NCBI GenBank assembly: GCA_965224705.1 | Contig: OZ245056.1 | Location: 512,001-576,000 of the forward strand | Direction: 5' to 3' | Source of the DNA: Spirochaetaceae bacterium | Lineage (GTDB): Bacteria; Spirochaetota; Spirochaetia; DSM-2461 | DNA length: 64,000 nucleotides | Shown: positions 61,050 through 64,000 of the stretch, piece by piece | Layout: each line of letters opens with the position of its first letter | How positions within the stretch are numbered: position 1 is the stretch's first letter | Position numbers and translations under genes: made by a program | The notes under the pieces: generated by a model | Told to the model about the DNA's origin: nothing | The model's database searches: none | What the model saw: only the letters and a program-made list of their open reading frames with translations

Positions 61050-61604
61050 TCACATGCGGGTCCATTTTTCCATCATTTGCAGTATTTCATTTGAACTCCA
61101 TTCCAGCGCACCAACAACAGATGCAATGCCCTGACCATTTCGGTCAATAAGTACTGTAGTCGGCAGATTTACAACACCCATCGTCTGAGCGATCTCACTA
61201 CTTTCGTCCAGAAAAACAGGGAATTCTACATCATATAATTTCATAAAGGATGTAACAGTCTGAGAATCTTCACCGACATTGACTGCTATCATGGAGAATT
61301 CATTCCCCTGCAACTTGCCTGCCAGAATATTGAAGTCGGGAATTTCTGCACGACAGGGTGGACACCAACTCGCCCAGAAATTGAGAAGGATGACTCGACC
61401 CTGATGTTCACTCATTAATTGGGTATTACCACCAATATCCGTCAGTAGAATATCCGGAACCTGAGAGTTGTTCTCAATGGGACGAAAGCCCAGATCTATC
61501 AGTTCCTCCTCTCCGGGGACAACTGAGCCCTTAGTAAAGCAGGCAGCAAGCAAGAGAACAGATATGAACCCTTTCAATTGATTTTTCACAGCTCTAACCA
61601 TCAC
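61050..61604 (-). CDS. TlpA-family thiol-disulfide oxidoreductase
   Basis: LNFWASWCPPCRAE. Confidence 0.9.
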   Translation of the reverse strand: MMVRAVKNQLKGFISVLLLAACFTKGSVVPGEEELIDLGFRPIENNSQVPDILLTDIGGNTQLMSEHQGRVILLNFWASWCPPCRAEIPDFNILAGKLQGNEFSMIAVNVGEDSQTVTSFMKLYDVEFPVFLDESSEIAQTMGVVNLPTTVLIDRNGQGIASVVGALEWSSNEILQMMEKWTRM

Positions 61605-62203
61605 ATGATATACCAGACAAGTATTAATGAAAGAGTATTATGCATCACATGAGACATTATCACTGTTGCAATACAACGTCTATGATAGAAGTAAAAAGAA
61701 TAAAGAGCACCTGCAATACAGGCGAATAACACAGACCACCATCCCTGCCACAAATGGAAAGAAGCAAATAGAAGAACTGAAAAAACACCCGAATATACTT
61801 TGTTCAATCCAGACTCAATAAGTGTTGCAATGAGCCATGAACGAAAATAGAGTTCCTCAATCACAGCAGAAAGGATGGAGAGAAGTATCATCAGCACAAA
61901 GCTGTTCGAGATGAAATCTGATGGATCACTACTTTCCAGCCCGGGGAATAGAGCTCCAAGAGACAGTGTCAGCAAGGTGAACACTGGTATAGCAATAACA
62001 TCCTGCAATTCTGGGACTCGCCAGCCCATATTCCGGCGGCTGCTCCGATCTCCGGTCAAAGTCATCCAGACAAGAAGTCCAAGAGCAGGCAATAAGATGA
62101 GTATTCTTGTGTTAATTATAGTGAGTTGCCACAGGCTGAAATTTGGTGAAGCCAGAATCAGTGGAATAAACAATCCGGGAAGTAACAGTTTTCGCTCAGC
62201 CAT
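61601..62203 (-). CDS. CPBP (CAAX/Abi) intramembrane protease
   Basis: EELYFR, FASFH, H..HN. Confidence 0.85.
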   Translation of the reverse strand: MAERKLLLPGLFIPLILASPNFSLWQLTIINTRILILLPALGLLVWMTLTGDRSSRRNMGWRVPELQDVIAIPVFTLLTLSLGALFPGLESSDPSDFISNSFVLMILLSILSAVIEELYFRSWLIATLIESGLNKVYSGVFSVLLFASFHLWQGWWSVLFACIAGALYSFYFYHRRCIATVIMSHVMHNTLSLILVWYIM

Positions 62204-62268
62204 TCAATACCCTGTGTCAGAAAGCTTGTCAATGCAGCAACAATCCGTATTAAGCTCACCATAGTAAA

Positions 62269-62525
62269 ATTTTTGTCCTTTCTCTCCAGGAGCAAGCCTC
62301 CTGCTTGCTCCTGGAGAGCCGCCTTCGTTCGCTTTCGCCGCCCTCCATGGCGGCTTTTCTTCGCTATCGCTCAGCGCTCTCTTCGGGAGCCGAGTCTACG
62401 ACTCGCCTCCCCTGCGGCTGCGTTGCCAAAATACTCACGTAGCCCAGCTACGCTCCGTTTTCGTCGCCTTGCATCAGGAAAAAATCATCAAAAATCGCCT
62501 CGAAGCCTTAAAGTCCGACAGACTC
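62269..62525 (+). mobile_element. MITE family A long copy, left end missing
   Basis: Matches the reverse complement of 21066-21320; overlaps the alr stop. Confidence 0.85.
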
Positions 62526-63632
62526 CTGGACGCTCATTGTTGGTAAACGGGGCAGAAAATCACAGAGAATTTCGTAAGAAATAGTTCCTGCTGCATCAGC
62601 ATAATCATCCGCCGTTATTTGCAGATTGCGGTCTGAGTTTAGAACTAAAACCCTATCACCTGCCCTGACAGTATCCTCCAGACTGAAAACCATCAACTGA
62701 TCCATGCAAACCCTCCCACATATCGGGTAACTTCGCCCTCCAATAATCATTTTTCCACCGCCATTAGACAGCAGGCGTGGATAACCATCTCCATACCCTA
62801 TGGGTATAACGATTACATAACCATCCTCCGGGGCATTCCACGTCGAGCCATAGCTCACCCCCTCACCTTTTTTAACAGGTTTGACAAGACTTACCTTTCC
62901 GTCGATTTCCATAACAGGTTTGAATCGGCTGTCAAATTCTGTATCCGAACCGGGAGTGTATCCGTAGAGAGAAATTCCAATCCGTACCATGTTGTAATGA
63001 GCCTCAGGAAAATTCAGAACACCGGCTGAATTGCACATGTGCTGGTATTTGAATGTGATTCCATTCTGCTTGAATACGTCAAGACATTTCTTGAAACGCT
63101 GAATCTGCAAAGCATTAAGAGGATGCTCTGGAGAATCTGCACAGGCAAAATGAGTCATGATACCTTCAAACTGAACCTGCTGCACACGGAGACATTTTTC
63201 AGCTATTTCCTGACAAAGCTCATACCGAAATCCAAGGCGAATCATTCCTGTATCGATTTTCAAATGGATCTTTGGACTCATGTTGAGTTGTCTGGACATT
63301 TCAACTATCAATTCCAATGTTTGCCAGTCGCTCACAGCCATTGTTATTCCGGCCTGAATTAATTTCTTGATGTGAAATATCTCAGGGATTCCCATCATCA
63401 GTATTCGAATGTGCGGAAACTCCTCTCCAAGCATGAGAGCTTCACCTGAATAAGCGACTGCAAAGTAATCAACACCTTCATCCACCAGTGCCTGTACCAC
63501 AATTGTTGTGGAATGACCATAGGCATCGGCTTTCACAACCGGTACGGTCAGGACTCCACCAGCCTTTTCTTTCAATAGGTTGTAATTATGAACAAGATTC
63601 CGGGTAATAATGCGTTTTGTGAATGATCGCAT
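62508..63632 (-). CDS. alr: Alanine racemase
   Basis: VVKADAYGH, HLKIDTGM.RLG, THFACAD, GYGDG, GRVCMDQ, TISYE. Confidence 0.95.
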   Translation of the reverse strand: MRSFTKRIITRNLVHNYNLLKEKAGGVLTVPVVKADAYGHSTTIVVQALVDEGVDYFAVAYSGEALMLGEEFPHIRILMMGIPEIFHIKKLIQAGITMAVSDWQTLELIVEMSRQLNMSPKIHLKIDTGMIRLGFRYELCQEIAEKCLRVQQVQFEGIMTHFACADSPEHPLNALQIQRFKKCLDVFKQNGITFKYQHMCNSAGVLNFPEAHYNMVRIGISLYGYTPGSDTEFDSRFKPVMEIDGKVSLVKPVKKGEGVSYGSTWNAPEDGYVIVIPIGYGDGYPRLLSNGGGKMIIGGRSYPICGRVCMDQLMVFSLEDTVRAGDRVLVLNSDRNLQITADDYADAAGTISYEILCDFLPRLPTMSVQESVGL

Positions 63633-63652
63633 GATTTTTCCTGAATTGTGTG

Positions 63653-63688
63653 GAAGAAGAAGCCCCTGTATCAGGGCTTCTTCTTTTT
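63653..63688. terminator. Hairpin between symporter and alr
   Basis: GAAGAAGCCC-CTGTATCA-GGGCTTCTTC followed by a T run. Confidence 0.6.
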
Positions 63689-63734
63689 CAAGTAGTTATA
63701 ATACCGGTACTATAACTATTTGTATCCTGTTGAA

Positions 63735-64000
63735 TTAAAGTTCATTCTGGTTGTCCAGATATACTTTCGTTTCCTTGACAATAACTGGCGTCAGAAAAAT
63801 CAGAGCTATGAGATTTGGAACTGCCATCAACCCGTTGAGAGTATCAGAAATACTCCATACAAAGCTGAGTTTTGCGACAGCACCAATACCAACGAAGAGG
63901 ATGAAAACGACTCTGTAGGGTACAACAGCTTTGATGCCAAAGAGATAGCCTATTGATTTCTCACCATAATAGCACCAGCCGATTAAAGTGGAAGAGGCAA
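63735..64000 (-). CDS. Alanine/glycine:cation symporter (AGCS), 3' part
   Basis: Minus strand STLIGWCYYGEK..YLFG..PYR..VW..SD..NGLMAVPNLIAL. Confidence 0.88.
   Translation of the reverse strand, partial: ASSTLIGWCYYGEKSIGYLFGIKAVVPYRVVFILFVGIGAVAKLSFVWSISDTLNGLMAVPNLIALIFLTPVIVKETKVYLDNQNEL

Overview
A 64-kb bacterial window, possibly a spirochaete (inferred from gene flavour only). Housekeeping and catabolic flanks are a sugar ABC transporter with GH20 and GH2 at the left, and kdgT/dtnK/pdxA2, serine dehydratase and alr at the right. They enclose a ~50-kb defence and variability island. The island contains: (1) two decayed diversity-generating retroelement (DGR) cassettes with FGE/CLec target genes, four variable-region-like sequences, HRDC accessory genes and a DGR RT split by a precisely removable 168-bp MITE, interleaved with tandem AAA-ATPase/PD-(D/E)XK genes, with no template repeat found; (2) WD40-caspase, ankyrin and LPP20-like lipoproteins; (3) an Rpn nuclease with a deletion-derived, RpnS-like mini-copy; (4) a complete type II-B CRISPR-Cas9 locus (cas9-cas1-cas2-cas4, tracrRNA, 12 repeats) whose array is hit by two IS elements; (5) a TIR-NACHT-WD40 NLR-like gene with 14 near-identical repeats; (6) a type III R-M locus with SNF2 helicase, DUF4391, GxxExxY and AlbA_2 genes. 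A family of periodic palindromic elements occurs both around the GxxExxY gene and as empty or in-frame copies. All product calls are from motif recognition; no database searches were run.
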